A stretch of DNA of 64,000 bases from Lama glama. Lineage: Eukaryota. Made by a program: the position numbers and the translations under genes. Below, one piece after another: positions 12,753 through 25,286 of the stretch. How positions within the stretch are numbered: the first letter of the stretch is position 1; the number at the start of each line of letters is the position of its first letter. Where the stretch lies: contig CM052817.1 in assembly GCA_028534125.1 (NCBI GenBank), forward strand, positions 32,552,001-32,616,000, in the 5' to 3' direction. Under the pieces are notes generated by a model, which was not told the DNA's origin, ran no database searches, and saw only the letters and a list, made by a program, of their open reading frames with translations.

Positions 12753-14933
12753 TCCTAGGAAAAGATGGTTTCTGCACACCTGGAACACTGGGGACTCCTG
12801 TATCTTAGGAGTGATGGGGTGAGGGAAGAGATAGTGACAAGAAAGAAGAGAGGAAAGAGGGAGGGTGAGAGACAAACTGGCAGGGTCTGATCACACAGCA
12901 AAGCTGCTGAGAGATGAGGACAGATGCCTGGTAAAATACCTTTGTCTTTACAGTTTTACTTTATATTAGCAAGAAAGAAACCATAAATGATCATATAAAT
13001 GCTTCATGGTCAAGAAGTCAAGGAACTGAAAAAGAAGAACTTTGATACCACAAGTTTTGTGAAGAGCCCGTATAAATACGCAAATTGTCGCAGGCAGGCA
13101 CACAGAACGCCATCTGGGAAATGATGGCATGACTGAGGCACCGGTATCTGTGGAAACGTGAAAGTGTGTATTTCTCTTCCATCAGGAAAAAAAAAAAACA
13201 GAACCTCAACATATGCCTTCCAATTTGTGTAACTGATTTCTCACACTTTTAAGAGTCTAATCATGTCTTCGACAGTAAGAAAAAATTTTTGCTTTGGGAA
13301 GTTGATGGAAGGGATGAGACCGGCTTCCTTGTGTCCTCCCCAGCACTCCACAGAGATTTAAATAAATGATCTCATCTTTCTCCTCACAGCAGCCCTAAGA
13401 GCTAAGTTAACGCTGGCTTCACTCTTACACAGACCTCAGCCTCACAGAGGCTAGTGGGCGGCTAATCTGACATTCTGGTGGCCATGCCTTCGCCACCATC
13501 CACACCGCTCTCAGGTAAAGTGAGTGATCATTGGTGATTGTGTGTGTGTGTTTTCTTCTTTGTGCACGTTAAGGACTTCTATTCTTTGCTCAGCATGGCC
13601 ACGGCGTGACAAAGAGCAGCCCTCCGCAATTTGATGGTTATAGCTGCCTTAGACTCTGGTCAGCACACAGAACTTGCAAATAAGCAGACGAAAAGCAAAT
13701 GCCCCGTGCTGGCTCCAGGTAATCTCCAGAGGACCCACTGAGTCATTTGACTCTTAAGACTAGGGTTTTCACATTCAGTATATACTTTTCTTTAGAAGTT
13801 GTTGTTCAGGAGCTGGGAAATGTCTTTTGGTTCGATGAATAGATATTAGCATCCTTGAGGAACATTTATTTCACACAAGCATGTGAAAACTGCAGTTTTG
13901 TTTGGGGTGCATGACAATTAATTTAGTGACTTAAATATTAATAACAAGTATATCAGGAGCACCTCAAAAGAAGTTGGCAAACAAGCGTCTGAAGCCGACT
14001 GGAAGGGACGTCCTGTGGTTACAATCAGCACCGAGGTGCTGAGCTCCTCCCTGAATTCTAGGATGCTTTTTGCTCTCCCATGGGCACCATTTAAAATGCC
14101 CAAGAAGCAAAGACAATGTCATAGAGTGAAATGCCTTCTGTTTACCTACACACCTCGACTAGGAGACTTTTCTTCCTGCCTCTGAAAGTACCACACAGCT
14201 TGCAAGTGAGTCAGCGACATTACAGTCAGTCGGTGAGTCAATAATTAGGGACTAACCATGTGCCCGGATCTGTTTTCACAGAGGATCCAGATGATTTGTA
14301 TTCAGGAGTCGTGTGTGAATGGGGATCAAGACAACAGATTTCTATTTCCATTTTGAAATTCTGGGTCTTGTGAGGTGTGTTACATTTTCCCTCTGTGAAA
14401 TGAGGAAATGGGTTAGAGCCTCTTAGGTTCCAAAAACAAGGAAACAAATAATTTAAAAAACCCGAACATCTAGGGCTTAAATGTTGGTGAAGAACGTCTA
14501 TGAAGCACAGTATTTCTTAGTTGAGCCCCTAAAGCAAAGCTGAAATGTTAGAGGCTTTGTGGTTTATCAGATCTACCAGAAGCTGGAAGAATGCTATTCT
14601 CAAGTCCTTCTCTGCACACGGTCATTGCCTGTTCCACCGCTGGGCTCCTGGAAGTAGAAAGAAGCAAGTTGCCATTTCCTCACAGGAAGCGGATCCCTCC
14701 AGCTCCACCACAGACTCATCGTGGCTGTCTTTCATGGGCTGATTTACGCAGTGAACAAATGAACCTTGGGAACACAGGTGCTTTTGTACATTAATGCCGC
14801 CTGCTATCCAAGCAGTATTTGGAGAAAGGAAAACGCGGGTTCTGGGATGAACGTAACCCAGCCAGCCTGCAGCCTTAAACTGGACACCAAGATTTAGCTC
14901 TGCCTAGGTTTCAAGTAGACGAAGAAGGAAGGG

Positions 14934-16015
14934 TGTTTGTTAGAATTAGATTTGGCTAAAAGAGACTTCCCCCAAAAACCCCAGAGAAACATTGGCTCAA
15001 ACAAGTTGAAAGTTGATTTCTCTTCCAGGTAAATGTAGCTCATGCATGTGCAGAAGAGCTGACTTAGCAGCTCTGAAACTGCTCTCGTTAGAAAGGCCTA
15101 CTTGCAAGGTCAGCCCTAAGCTGGCATCTGGGAACTTGGCTCTTGGGGCGTCTGAGTCAGCAATGAGCTGATACTGCGCTACAATAGCCATCTCTGGCAC
15201 GGAAGGCAAGACAATAGCTGGGGATCCCTTTGTACAACTGAGATCAAGGGTCTTACCCCACGAAGCCTGTGCCTCGACCACCTGCCCATTTCCCCAAGAG
15301 AGTCTGGAACTTTGGTACGCGCTGGGCGGAGGGTGCCTTTCAGAAGCGACTCCCAGCTGGGTGCTGGACGGGTGGGCTTTCCTGTGCAGACGTTGCATGC
15401 ATGTTGCTACATTTTCACCGTTGAGGGATGAGGGGTTCTGTGTGACCCCTTAAAGGAGGCAGAGAGCACAAGGAAGCCTGCACATGAATTCTTTCAGATT
15501 CCACCTATGTTCTTCCCCTTATGATTGGGCTGTGTATCCTGACGACATGGCTGTAATGAATCTTAATCGTGTGCTCAGCTGTATGCTGAGTCCTGCGAGT
15601 CCTCCTAACACATCTCCAAACGTGGGGGTGGTACTGGTGGCCGAAACAGTTCAGGACTGCTGGGGCAGCCCCACAATGACGGGATGGGTTCCCGCTGCCC
15701 TCGGTTTGCTATCTTTCACATGCATCTGGACCTTGTGGTCCAGGATGGCCCTTTCTCATGTCTACACGCCAACCAGCACGAAGGAGGTAAAGAACAAGAG
15801 AAGAACAACCCTCCCCACCACCATTAAATTCCCTAACTGTTACACAAGTCAATTCCATCCCATAAGCCAGAGTTTAGTCAGATAGCTACATCCAGTTGCA
15901 AAGGCAGCTGGGAAATGTCTTTATTCTGGGCAGTCACGTGTCCAGCCAGCATCCCAGAGCTCTCCACTGAGGATGGAGGAAATGGATGTTGAGGGAAAAC
16001 TAAGTCTCTGCCACA
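14934..16015 (-). mobile_element. MLT1J/K-like MaLR LTR split by a MER77-like LTR
   Basis: 14934-15033 and 15649-16015 are co-linear antisense MLT1 (gcaaaggcagctgggaaatgt...gtctctgccaca); gaagg on both flanks. Confidence 0.75.
15034..15648 (+). mobile_element. MER77/MER68-like ERVL solo LTR
   Basis: tgtagctcatgcatgtgcagaagag...ttagaaaggcctacttgcaaggt...ctggcatctgggaacttgg; ends ccgaaaca. Confidence 0.85.
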
Positions 16016-16557
16016 GAAGGTGAGAAAATAGTGGGGGGTTTCTGTTTTTTAATTAGGATCAAGTTATGAAGTTTTATACCACTAGACAAAATGAGACAGC
16101 TCAAAGTTTTACATCAGTTTTAGGCTGGATCTTCTAACAATGAAAATGAGGCAGGCTTCTTGCCTATTAAAAGATTTATTCTGGGACCATTGACCAGCTG
16201 CTAAATCATTTATAAGCTATTAAATGATTTACATATGGATGGAATTGAGATTTCCTGGACGTTGAGTCCCTACCATTTTCCTCACTCACTCTGTCACCTC
16301 ATTTTCTGAATATTTCTAAAAATAAGTATTTTACTGGAAATCTTTAGACCAAATGGAAAAATCAAGGCTACGATACTTGGTTCTCTATACATCTCATTAA
16401 ACACCTACATAGGACTGCACCAGGCCAACATATTATAATTCTTGTCCATGTTATAACTCCTGAAATTTAAGGAATTTCAAACTTAAAAGCATGACAATAT
16501 TGAATATTATGACATATTTAATGCAAATGTACTACTATCAAACAGGCACAAATGCAT

Positions 16558-16708
16558 GAAATATAAACCTGGATATTCATGGATGGGCTTCAACAGAGTT
16601 CCACAGACAGCCACAGATGTGTAAAATTATGTACAAATATGCATTTTTCTGTAGATTTCATCAGCTAATCAAAGAAGTCTGTAGCTCTCAATGATTAAAA
16701 ATCTTTCC
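16558..16708 (+). mobile_element. Charlie4z-like short hAT element
   Basis: catggatgggcttca...tatgcatttttct...tttcatcag..aatcaaag. Confidence 0.55.
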
Positions 16709-16957
16709 ATTCATGGTTTAATTTCTCATTATCTAGAGATGATAGACATTCTGTGATTGAATCACACTAAAATTTCCCAGTGTCCTGGGCGCTAGTGGTG
16801 AGGCAGAATTCACCAGCCAGCCAGTCGGGACCAGAGGTGTGGCCTGGAGAAAAAGCAGAGCTAAATAGCATGCCCCAGAGGGTTAGAACTCACAAGCTAG
16901 GTCTTCACTATAGTGGAGATCTACCGAGCAACACCATTTCTTAGGGCAAGTCACTCT

Positions 16958-17737
16958 TGTTGTTGTTGTTGTAGTATAGTCAATTTATCATGTTACATTA
17001 ATTTCTGGTGTACAACATAGTAATTCATTTATATTCTTTTTCATTATAGGCCATTACAAGATACTGAATCTAGTTCCCTGTGCTATATGGTAGGACCTTG
17101 TTATTTATCTATTTTATATACAGTAGTTAGTATCTACAAATCCCAAACTCCCAATTTATCCCTCCCCATCCCCTTTCCCTTCTGGTAACCATAAGTTTGT
17201 TTGCTATGTCTATGAATTTGTATCTGTTTTATAAATAAGTTCGTCTGAGTCTTTTTTTTTTTTTTAGATTCCACATATAAATGATATCATATGGTATTTT
17301 TCTTTCTCTTTCTGGCTTACTTCATTTAGAAGACAATCTCCAGGTCCATTCATGTTACTACAAATGGCATTGTTTTATTCTTTTTATGGCTGAGTAGTAT
17401 TCCATTGTATACTCCATATATATTATATTATATTATATATTATTATATATATATTACATATTTATTATATATATATATTCCATATAGATACCTCAACTTT
17501 ATCCATGCCTCTGTTGATGAACATTTAGGTTGCTTCCATGTCTTGGCTATTGTAAATAGTGCTGCTGTGAACATTGGGGTGCATGTGTCTTTTAGAATTA
17601 ACTTTTCTCCAGATACATACTCAGGAAAGGGATTGCTGGATCAAACGGTAAGTATATTTTTGTTTTTTTGTAGAATCTCCACACTGTTTTCCATAATGGC
17701 TGCACCAAACTACATTCTTACCAACAGTGCAGGAGGG
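16958..17737 (-). mobile_element. 5'-truncated camelid L1 (ORF2 end + 3'UTR)
   Basis: Antisense L1 with (GTT)n tail and internal TA-rich tract; 17-bp TSD ttagg(g/a)caagtcactct at 16941-16957 and 17738-17754. Confidence 0.95.
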
Positions 17738-18714
17738 TTAGGACAAGTCACTCTCAAGAAACAAGCCTGGCTCTCATTTAGGATGGCTCGTAGTCTCCTG
17801 GGTCAGCAGTTAGTGCCAATCCAGGGACCTCCATTTCCTATATAAATCCCCCGCCTCTTCCACACAAGCCCCTTGCAGCAGTCTCATACTGTAAGCGTGA
17901 CTTCCGCTGTGTCCTGGTGAGGGCTAGAATGGATGATTAGAGCAATTAGAGCAAAATTCAGAAGCCCAGGTTTAAACAGGTAGTAGATCATGTCTGCTTG
18001 GTGAGCATTCACAGTGAAGGTCAATGAGGTAACTGATAACACAGAATATGAGTGATGAAATTGCTTGCTTTTTTTTTTTTGGTGTGTTTCCTTCATTTGA
18101 TTAGAAGGTTATAGGGCAATATAATGGCGATCTGAGCCATTCTGCTCAGTGACGGGAAAGCAGACTTATTGTCCAGAGATTAGCAGTATGGATGCAAGAG
18201 CAATTACAGTCTCTTGCCATTTGATGTTAGGTTTGTGCAGGACGTGGTTTGACATCCGAAGGCTGCAGCAGCTTCTAATGCAACAGAGCCATCCGGGATC
18301 ACACTGTTTAGGGAGTGAGCCTGATAATGCCAGAGACAAATAGACCTTTGCCATGGGCCTTTAAATTAGCAACCCATTTGTGTGTGTGTGTGTGTGGTGT
18401 TTCAGAAGCTATTAAGGCTTTATTTGTTCTTGAAAAGACACTTAGCTCAGTTGCAAATATGTTCAATGGAAAAAGATTCGAAACAGTCCCTTTCAAAGTC
18501 AGCTGGGACCCCTGCCACGGGACTGGGTGTTGGTGCTGAGACAGATTCATCAAGCCCCCCTTGCATGGTGGGGATGTCCTGGTATGAGACCAGCATGGAG
18601 TAGATGCTCAGGAAATGGTCCACGTCACATACGCAATGTGCACTTTCTATGCGTTTGGAGTGGATCAGCTCTGACACCCTAGGAAATTTTGACTAGTGCT
18701 CTTGCATCATGGAT

Positions 18715-19176
18715 TATATTAGTTAGGGAATAATTTAGAATATGAAAAACTACAATGGCTCAAGGAAAGAAGAAGTTTCTCTCTCACTGACTGCCCAGAG
18801 GTAGGTGAGAGGTCCACACTCAAACTGTCCAGGGTCTCACATTCTTTCTAACTTGTTGCTCTACCATATCAGGAAGGACCACCAGCACCACCACCGTGTT
18901 CCAGGCTACAGAAGGGGAAGAGAAAGAAAGTGGACAGGAGGCAAACCCTCTTTAAGGATGTGCTGCCCAGGGAGCTCACAGTTACTCCGCCCAGGTCTAC
19001 CCGGGAGAACGGCATCCCAAGGTCACGCCTGGCTACGAGGCAAAGCTTAGGGACGTGAGCCGCAGCAGAGCCAGGGGCTCTGCTGAGACTGGTCGGGGTA
19101 GGAGGGAGTCAGTTCTATCATTAGAAGGAAAAAAAGGATAATGGATTCTGGGGGACAATGGTCAGTGTCTGACACA
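18715..19176 (-). mobile_element. MLT1J-like MaLR LTR
   Basis: tatattagttaggg...gaagtttctctctcac...atggattctgggggacaa...tctgacaca. Confidence 0.75.
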
Positions 19177-19200
19177 GGGTGGATCCTCTTTTACAGAAAT

Positions 19201-19420
19201 AGAGGCAGTAAAGTGTAGTAGAAAGAGCAGGGCTTTTGAATGAAACACACACTTCTCAATCTCGTCTCTCATTTAATGTCTGTGTGATTGTGAACATACC
19301 ACTTTAGTTCACAGGATCTCAGCTTCTTTAACTAGAAAATTGGAATAACAACCCTACGTAAGTCACAGACCTATGAAGATTGAGTCGTGATACGATCACT
19401 GTGCCTGGTACATAGATTTC
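19201..19420 (+). mobile_element. MIR SINE
   Basis: agaggcagtaaagtgtagtagaaagagcagggctttt head; gtgcctggtacatag tail. Confidence 0.75.
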
Positions 19421-19434
19421 AAAAGTATGTGTGT

Positions 19435-19737
19435 CAGATAAACATATTTACAAAACAGAACTCACAGACATAGAAAACAAACTTAGGGTTACCAGGGGAG
19501 GAAGGGAGTGGGAAGCAATAAATTAGGAGCTCCAGATTTGCAGATACTAACTACTACATATAAAATAGATAAACAACAAGTTCATACTGTATAACACAGG
19601 GAACTATAGTCAATGTCTTGTAGAAATCTATGGTGAGAAAGAATATGAAGATGAATATGTGTGTATATGTATGACTGAAACATTACACTGTACACCAGAC
19701 ATTGATACATTATAAACTGACTATACCTCAATTTTAA
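19435..19737 (+). mobile_element. 5'-truncated camelid L1 3' end
   Basis: L1 3'UTR; TSD aaaagtatgtgtgt (19421-19434) / aaaagtgtgtgtat (19738-19751). Confidence 0.92.
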
Positions 19738-20309
19738 AAAAGTGTGTGTATATCTATCCATACACATATGTCTATATCTGTAGCTACGTCTACATATAAA
19801 TCTATATCCATGCCTGTATCTGTATCCAGTCATAGAAGCTTTTACCAAACCGTGCAAGGAAGAAGATACAAAAATGGCAAATGATCAAGGTCGCACTGAC
19901 CTTGAAAACTGAAATGACAAATCAGATAACTTTCTCTTTTAAAAGTTCCATTTAGTCTGTGCCCTTAACCAAAAGGCACACTCATTTCTGAGAAGGAAAA
20001 GCGACAGAATATTTCCCTTGTGTGAACAGATCACAGATTTGCAGCCTAAGACACTGTCATGAATGGAAAGCACCTAAGTTGACATTCCATGTAAAACTCT
20101 GGGTAAAGCTTCACTGACGATGCCAAGAATTTGGAGCGAGTGTTTCCGGCTTCTCTGTGCTTGGCTCACCTTCTCAGATTTTCAGAACCCTGCTCTTCCG
20201 AGACCCAGCTGATAGGCCTGCTCTTCTCCCTCAGAAGGAACTTCTTCCACTCTGGTTTCCAGACTGTGACTTCTGCCCCTTTCAAGCCCTTCTGCCTATG
20301 TGGCTGCTG

Positions 20310-20477
20310 GTGGCTTACATGTCTGCATCTTCTAGAAGACTACAAGCCACTTGAGGGCAAAAATCACATTCTCTATCTTATTTATCATTGTCTCCCCACT
20401 CCCTCTCCAGCCCCTAATACAAAACTTCACACATAACGTGCAAAACAAAATCAATGTTAGCTGCATGAATAAATGAA
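20310..20477 (+). mobile_element. L2 3' end
   Basis: gactacaagccacttgagggca...tgaataaatgaa tail. Confidence 0.7.
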
Positions 20478-20654
20478 GGAATTCCTACTTGACCACTCCA
20501 GGTCAGTGTTCCAATAACTGTATATTCTGAATAAGAAATTAGGACTTGTTGTCTGAGAAAGGAACATACCAGGATAAAGAACAGCTTTAAATCTGAACTG
20601 TCCTGGGGGAGATCTGAACTGTTTGGCTATGCTCAGAAGTCACGCATCTCACAG

Positions 20655-20845
20655 TGAGTCAATCCAGCTTAAGCTGTGTTGATCTTAGTAAGTCATTTAA
20701 CCTTCATAGCTTCTCCTTCCTCTTGACCCAAAATGAGTAATAACACTTGACATGCCGACCACACGGGGGCACTGTGATGAGGGGCAAATGAAATCATCAT
20801 GTGGGTGAAACCTCTTTGGTCTAAATCACTGTAAGATCTAAGGTC
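20655..20845 (+). mobile_element. MIR (MIRc-like)
   Basis: agctgtgttgatcttagtaagtcatttaacct...gatgaggggcaaatgaaatca. Confidence 0.65.
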
Positions 20846-21728
20846 ATAGTTACAAAAGTCCCGTCCCATTTTATGGAACATAAAAATTAAGCTCCCAGTT
20901 TTGACTTTCTGGCGCCACAGCGCCACAATCCTTCATGGCACAAGATGGTATTTCTTCTTGTTTTGGAGCAGTGACCTCCCATCTTTCAGAGCTAGGAAGT
21001 TTCCAGACTTGGAGGTCACTTAATAGATAATTCTGAGTTAACCCAGCAAGTCAAAAAATTCACTGATCTGATTTGACCCCTCACATTCCCCCACAGAGAT
21101 CACCCGCTAGTCCCCTTTATCTATCAGTGATGGACTCGCCTTTCTCACGTCCTGCCCTGGAATGTGTAATAATCTACCATCTTGAAAGGAAATTCTGCAA
21201 AAATAAAGTTTCGCTGGAATGATGGATGAAGGCCACCCTGGCTGTTAAGATGTTAGCCTTCTGCAAAAGCAGAGCAGACTGTAAATCTGAACCTTAACAG
21301 GGGCAGCACCAATCTAAGATACGGTCTCATTTCCTGAGGCTACAATCTGCTACCGTTACAAAGAGAGTTTGACTAAGGACCCGGTTATATGATTTTAGAA
21401 TCATGCTGAAGAGAAGGAAGGAGAAAACCAAATCCTCTGGGAAACAGGAAAAGGCCTGGAAGATCAAAGGCTCCTGTCCCCAAAGTAAGCTTTCATTATT
21501 CACACGGTCCTTTTTTAAAAATCAGAAGAGGCCAGAGGAAGCCCAGTGAGATAAGTGATATCCGGGTCCAGGAAGCCTCCTCGTGTGTCTGAGCCACACA
21601 GAATACAAAAGAGTCATTCAGCAGAAGAGTATAGGATTCCTGCTGGTGGAAGAAGCGGGGTGGAGATGCTGCAAAGCTATGAAAACCTTGGAATGAGGTG
21701 TCTTTTTTTATATTTTCACTTTTTAGAG

Positions 21729-21948
21729 CAAGGGTTCTCAGCCTCGGCATGACTGATATTTTGGACCAGATTAATTCTTTATCATGGGAGGCTGTCCTTT
21801 GCATTGGAGGATGTGATACAGCCTCCCTGACTTCTACCCAGTAGATGCCAGTAGCACCCTCCAGTTATAGGACCAAAAATGCCTCCAGACACTGCCAGTG
21901 TCCTCTCATTGACAAAATAGCTCTCCCCTCCTCAACTTGAGAATCTTG
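21729..21948 (-). mobile_element. MER20 (hAT-Charlie), full length
   Basis: caagggttctcagcctcggca...ctacccagtagatgccagtagcaccc...ttgagaatcttg; TSD ttttagag/ttttaggg. Confidence 0.92.
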
Positions 21949-22497
21949 TTTTAGGGCCTGCGAGTACTGGGGGTCAGTGCTTTGCTCCCCTCATTCATGC
22001 TTAGTTTAGAGAGAAGTTCAAGTGTGATTCAAAAATGTAATACTGCCCTTCTGTTTCACTCAGACATACATAAAGCAGGCAAAGCTGGTGCAGAGGGCAT
22101 CGACCTGGGAGGTGGGCAGGACTGTTCTAGAAGGAACTGTAGGTATAGCAGGTAAGGGCTGGGATCCTAGGGCAGGGTGGGCTGGGGATGGGGGACAGAG
22201 GAAGAGATCCAACTGGTGATTCTGCAGGGAAGTATCTGGGAAGGGAAGACTGAGTGGGTAAAGTCAGCTCACATAGGAAGAATCTGATCCATACCACAGG
22301 CCTAGGCAAGCAAGATTCAAGAGTCCAGAGGATGAGAGAACCCACGTTAGTAGAAGTGGTGAGCTACAGCCAGTGAAGTCGATTTCTGGCCAAAGAGCTG
22401 GTACTGGAACTGTGTCTCCTGCCTCTAAGTCTGATGCACTTTCCACTGACTGTGCTTCATTGCTGCATCTTCACTGTGCATCAGTGATCTATGTGGT

Positions 22498-22630
22498 GGT
22501 GTCCCCTTGGGATGCTCTGGGCAACATTTATACAGAACCAGATTTAAACTGGTCTGGGGGGGAGGGTATAGCTCAATGGCAGAGTGTGTGCTTAGTATGC
22601 ACGAGGTCCTCGGTTCAGTATCTCCATTAA

Positions 22631-22664
<34 letters not shown>

Positions 22665-23103
22665 CCTAATTACTTTCCTGCCAAAAAATAAATAAACTGG
22701 CCTAAACAACAAGGACATTTATATCTCAATAGGACATTTACAATCTACAAAAAGACCAGAGGTCAAATGTCTTCAGGTTTGAATAATTCAGTGGCTAAAC
22801 ATTGGCCACCCAGGTCCTTCTCTCCTTTCCACTCTATTCTCAGTGGAATGGCTTGTCCTTAGCCAGTTTCCTTCATGGCTTCAGAATGGCTGCCACAGCT
22901 CCCAATATCACAACATAGAAGAAACAGCAGAAGAAATTAGTTCCTATATATTCCTGGCAAAAGGAGAGAAATCATTTTAATTGGTCTCCCTGGGCCTGGA
23001 GATGGAGCTCAGCTATCCTGAGGTCCCCCAACAAAATTGTAATCTGTCAGCAAGGAAGAAATAGAGAAGTAGTGAGGTGGCATCCAAGAGAACCTACTAT
23101 ACA
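22498..23103 (-). mobile_element. Old MLT1 (N/O-like) LTR interrupted by a SINE
   Basis: ggatgctctgg...aaactgg|cctaaacaacaagg...catggcttcagaatggctgccacagctcc. Confidence 0.6.
22556..22692 (+). mobile_element. Camelid tRNA-derived SINE (Vic-1-like)
   Basis: ggggagggtatagctcaatggcagagtgtgtgcttagtatgcacgaggtcctcggttca (A/B-box head), (AAT)n, taaacctaattac; TSD taaactgg(t/c)ct at 22545-22555 and 22693-22703. Confidence 0.92.
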
Positions 23104-23109
23104 TGGATG

Positions 23110-23275
23110 ATTTCATTTAATTTAAACTTTACTACAATTCTATGAGGGAGGTACCACTATTAGCTTAATTTTACAGATACAGAATTTCAGCAAAGCTAGA
23201 TGCTTTCCTCAAGGTCACAGCAGACAAGTGGGAGGTGAGGTTTCAGACAGGTGGGATGACTTCAGATCCCCGGGT
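23110..23275 (-). mobile_element. MIR SINE
   Basis: acaattctatgagggaggtac...attttacagat...caaggtcacagc. Confidence 0.75.
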
Positions 23276-23440
23276 TTCTCAAGAGTCATTCTGTGCTTCA
23301 CTGATTGCCCCACATTCACATCCTATGTCATTTGTACTGAAAACTGGGCTATAGCCAGCACCTTGCCCCATTAGTTTCCAGAAATAGGTCATAATTTCAA
23401 GGTCTAATCTGAAGAACTCATCAATTTTTGTGGGGGGGGG

Positions 23441-23562
23441 TGTGAGTGTGTGTGTGAGTGTGTGTGTGTGTGTGTTGGTGTGTGTGTATGTCTGTGTGTC
23501 AGTGTGTGTGTGTCAGTGTGTGTGTGAGTATGTGTGTCTGTGTGTGTGTCAGTGTGTGTGTG
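23441..23562. repeat. Interrupted (TG)n microsatellite
   Basis: About 120 bp of tgtg with occasional ag/tc interruptions. Confidence 0.97.
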
Positions 23563-23999
23563 CAAACACAGATACTAACAGGAGGGGTTTTCCTTTCTTT
23601 CTTTCTTTCTTCCCTCACTCCCTGCATCTCTCCTGGCTTACTCTTTCACTCTCTTTCTTTAAATACCTAAGTCAATAAACAGATATTTTATGAGAATATC
23701 ACTTCTCTTTTTTAAACCCCCACCCAGAAGTCAGGGACCACCCAAGACACTGACATCATTTCTCCAAGTTACAAATAGCTTGATTATGATGTCAATAGAA
23801 GTTTAAGCAAAAAGAAAACCCAATAAACACATATTCTGCAATCTACCTTCATACCATCCTGATATTATTTTCAACAGAGCTTCAATTTCTACATCTGTTA
23901 AAAAGAAAGAAAGGAAGAGAACAATTCACTAAAACCCAATTCACTGAGTTATTTGTTTCTTTTAAGTACTTACAGAGCATACAATCCCATTTCTGAATA

Positions 24000-24155
24000 T
24001 AAGTGCATCCTTGGGAAAAATTACCTAAGTCTCTGAGCCTCATCTTTCCCATATGAACGTGGGACAATGATGCTTAACACTCCGGGCAGAAGTCATGCTC
24101 AGTGATAATGGAGACAACGTGTGCTGCAAAGTCTGGCCCACGTAGAAACTCAGCT
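24000..24155 (+). mobile_element. MIR fragment
   Basis: ccttgggaaaaattacctaagtctctgagcctcatctttcccat. Confidence 0.7.
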
Positions 24156-24280
24156 CGCTTTAGTCCTCTCCACTTTCCGGCTTGCTGATAAGTTACCTGT
24201 CAGGAATTTCCTCCTCTTGAGTTTCACCCCTACTTCCTCCCCCTGATTTACAGCACAGTTTGGGAATCCCAGCTTTCACT

Positions 24281-24657
24281 GCAGCCTATGCACATGTTGC
24301 TTCTTCTGTATGAAACCCTTCCCCCACCCACTCCCGAGTCTCCTTCTCTTGAATAATTCTTACTCATCCTCCATGTCTGGGCTTAAATATCACTTCCTTG
24401 AGAAAGCTTCCTCTGATTGCCTCCTAGACCAAGTCAAGTCCTCCTGTTGAACACTCTTTTGATGCCATGTATTTCTTTTCCACAGTACTCGATACATTTA
24501 TGGTCAAAGTATTGACATGATGAGCTGTGTAGTGTCTGTAATGTCTACCTCCAGACTGAAAGCCATCTGAGGGAAGTGCCTGTATCTGTCTTGTTTGCAG
24601 CTGTATCAGCAGCATATAAAACACACTCAGAGAAATGTTGGTTAAACGAATAAATGA
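24281..24657 (+). mobile_element. L2 (L2b-like) 3' end
   Basis: tactcatcctcc...aaatatcacttcct...aaatgttggttaaacgaataaatga. Confidence 0.8.
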
Positions 24658-24869
24658 GCTCCAAGCAGTGATTTGTACCCCCACCCCGTCCCTGTCCCCA
24701 CCACCTCTTTGAGAAGTAAGCTTCACCTGAAAATCCACAAAAGCTCCTGTAAAACTGCCATGAATCAGGCAAAAGGGCCTTATGCTTCAAAGTATCCTGC
24801 TCTGGCCAATGTTGGACTGCATCCCTGCCCCCTAGGTGAGGAATCTGTGGTCCAAGAAGATGTTCCCCA

Positions 24870-25286
24870 GCAGTCTGTGCTGCTGAGAATGGACCACACC
24901 CAGTAAGCTTGCTCTCCTAGACCTGAGGAGTGACCACAGTGTCCCTGTTGGTAGGCATGTGGCTGGAGCTAGACAGAAAGGCAAGGATGTGGGAGGCAGG
25001 ACTGGGGGTAGGAGGGAGGGAAAGAGGAGCAGGCTGAAGGCTGTGGCTGGGAACTGGTCTTCCTTTGCTGCCCTGTCCAAGCTCAGATCTCAGAGGAGTC
25101 CAGGAATTCCAAATTCAAACTTGCCCTTCTAGGTCTTTATAAAGGTATGTCTGTCAAGGTCAGAGGATATCATTTTGCTTTACAATTTGTTAAGTTAGTT
25201 TATACCTTCTACACATTGAGATATAAGGTATACAAACCTCCCTTTGTACTTTGCCCTGAGCCCTGAAAATACTGGGGGCAGGCATG
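24870..25286 (-). mobile_element. MER115 (hAT-Tip100) fragment
   Basis: gaattccaaattcaaac...aaggtatgtctgtcaaggt...tttgtactttgccctgagccc...ggggcaggcatg. Confidence 0.7.

Noticed and set aside
14997..15885. Two 133-aa ORFs
   Set aside because: Lie within LTR sequence; no retroviral or cellular protein similarity recognised
22556..22625. tRNA-like sequence (also 45430-45495)
   Set aside because: SINE heads with tails and TSDs and a decayed cloverleaf; not tRNA genes
23430..23678. Cys/Val-rich ORFs
   Set aside because: Translation of the (TG)n microsatellite
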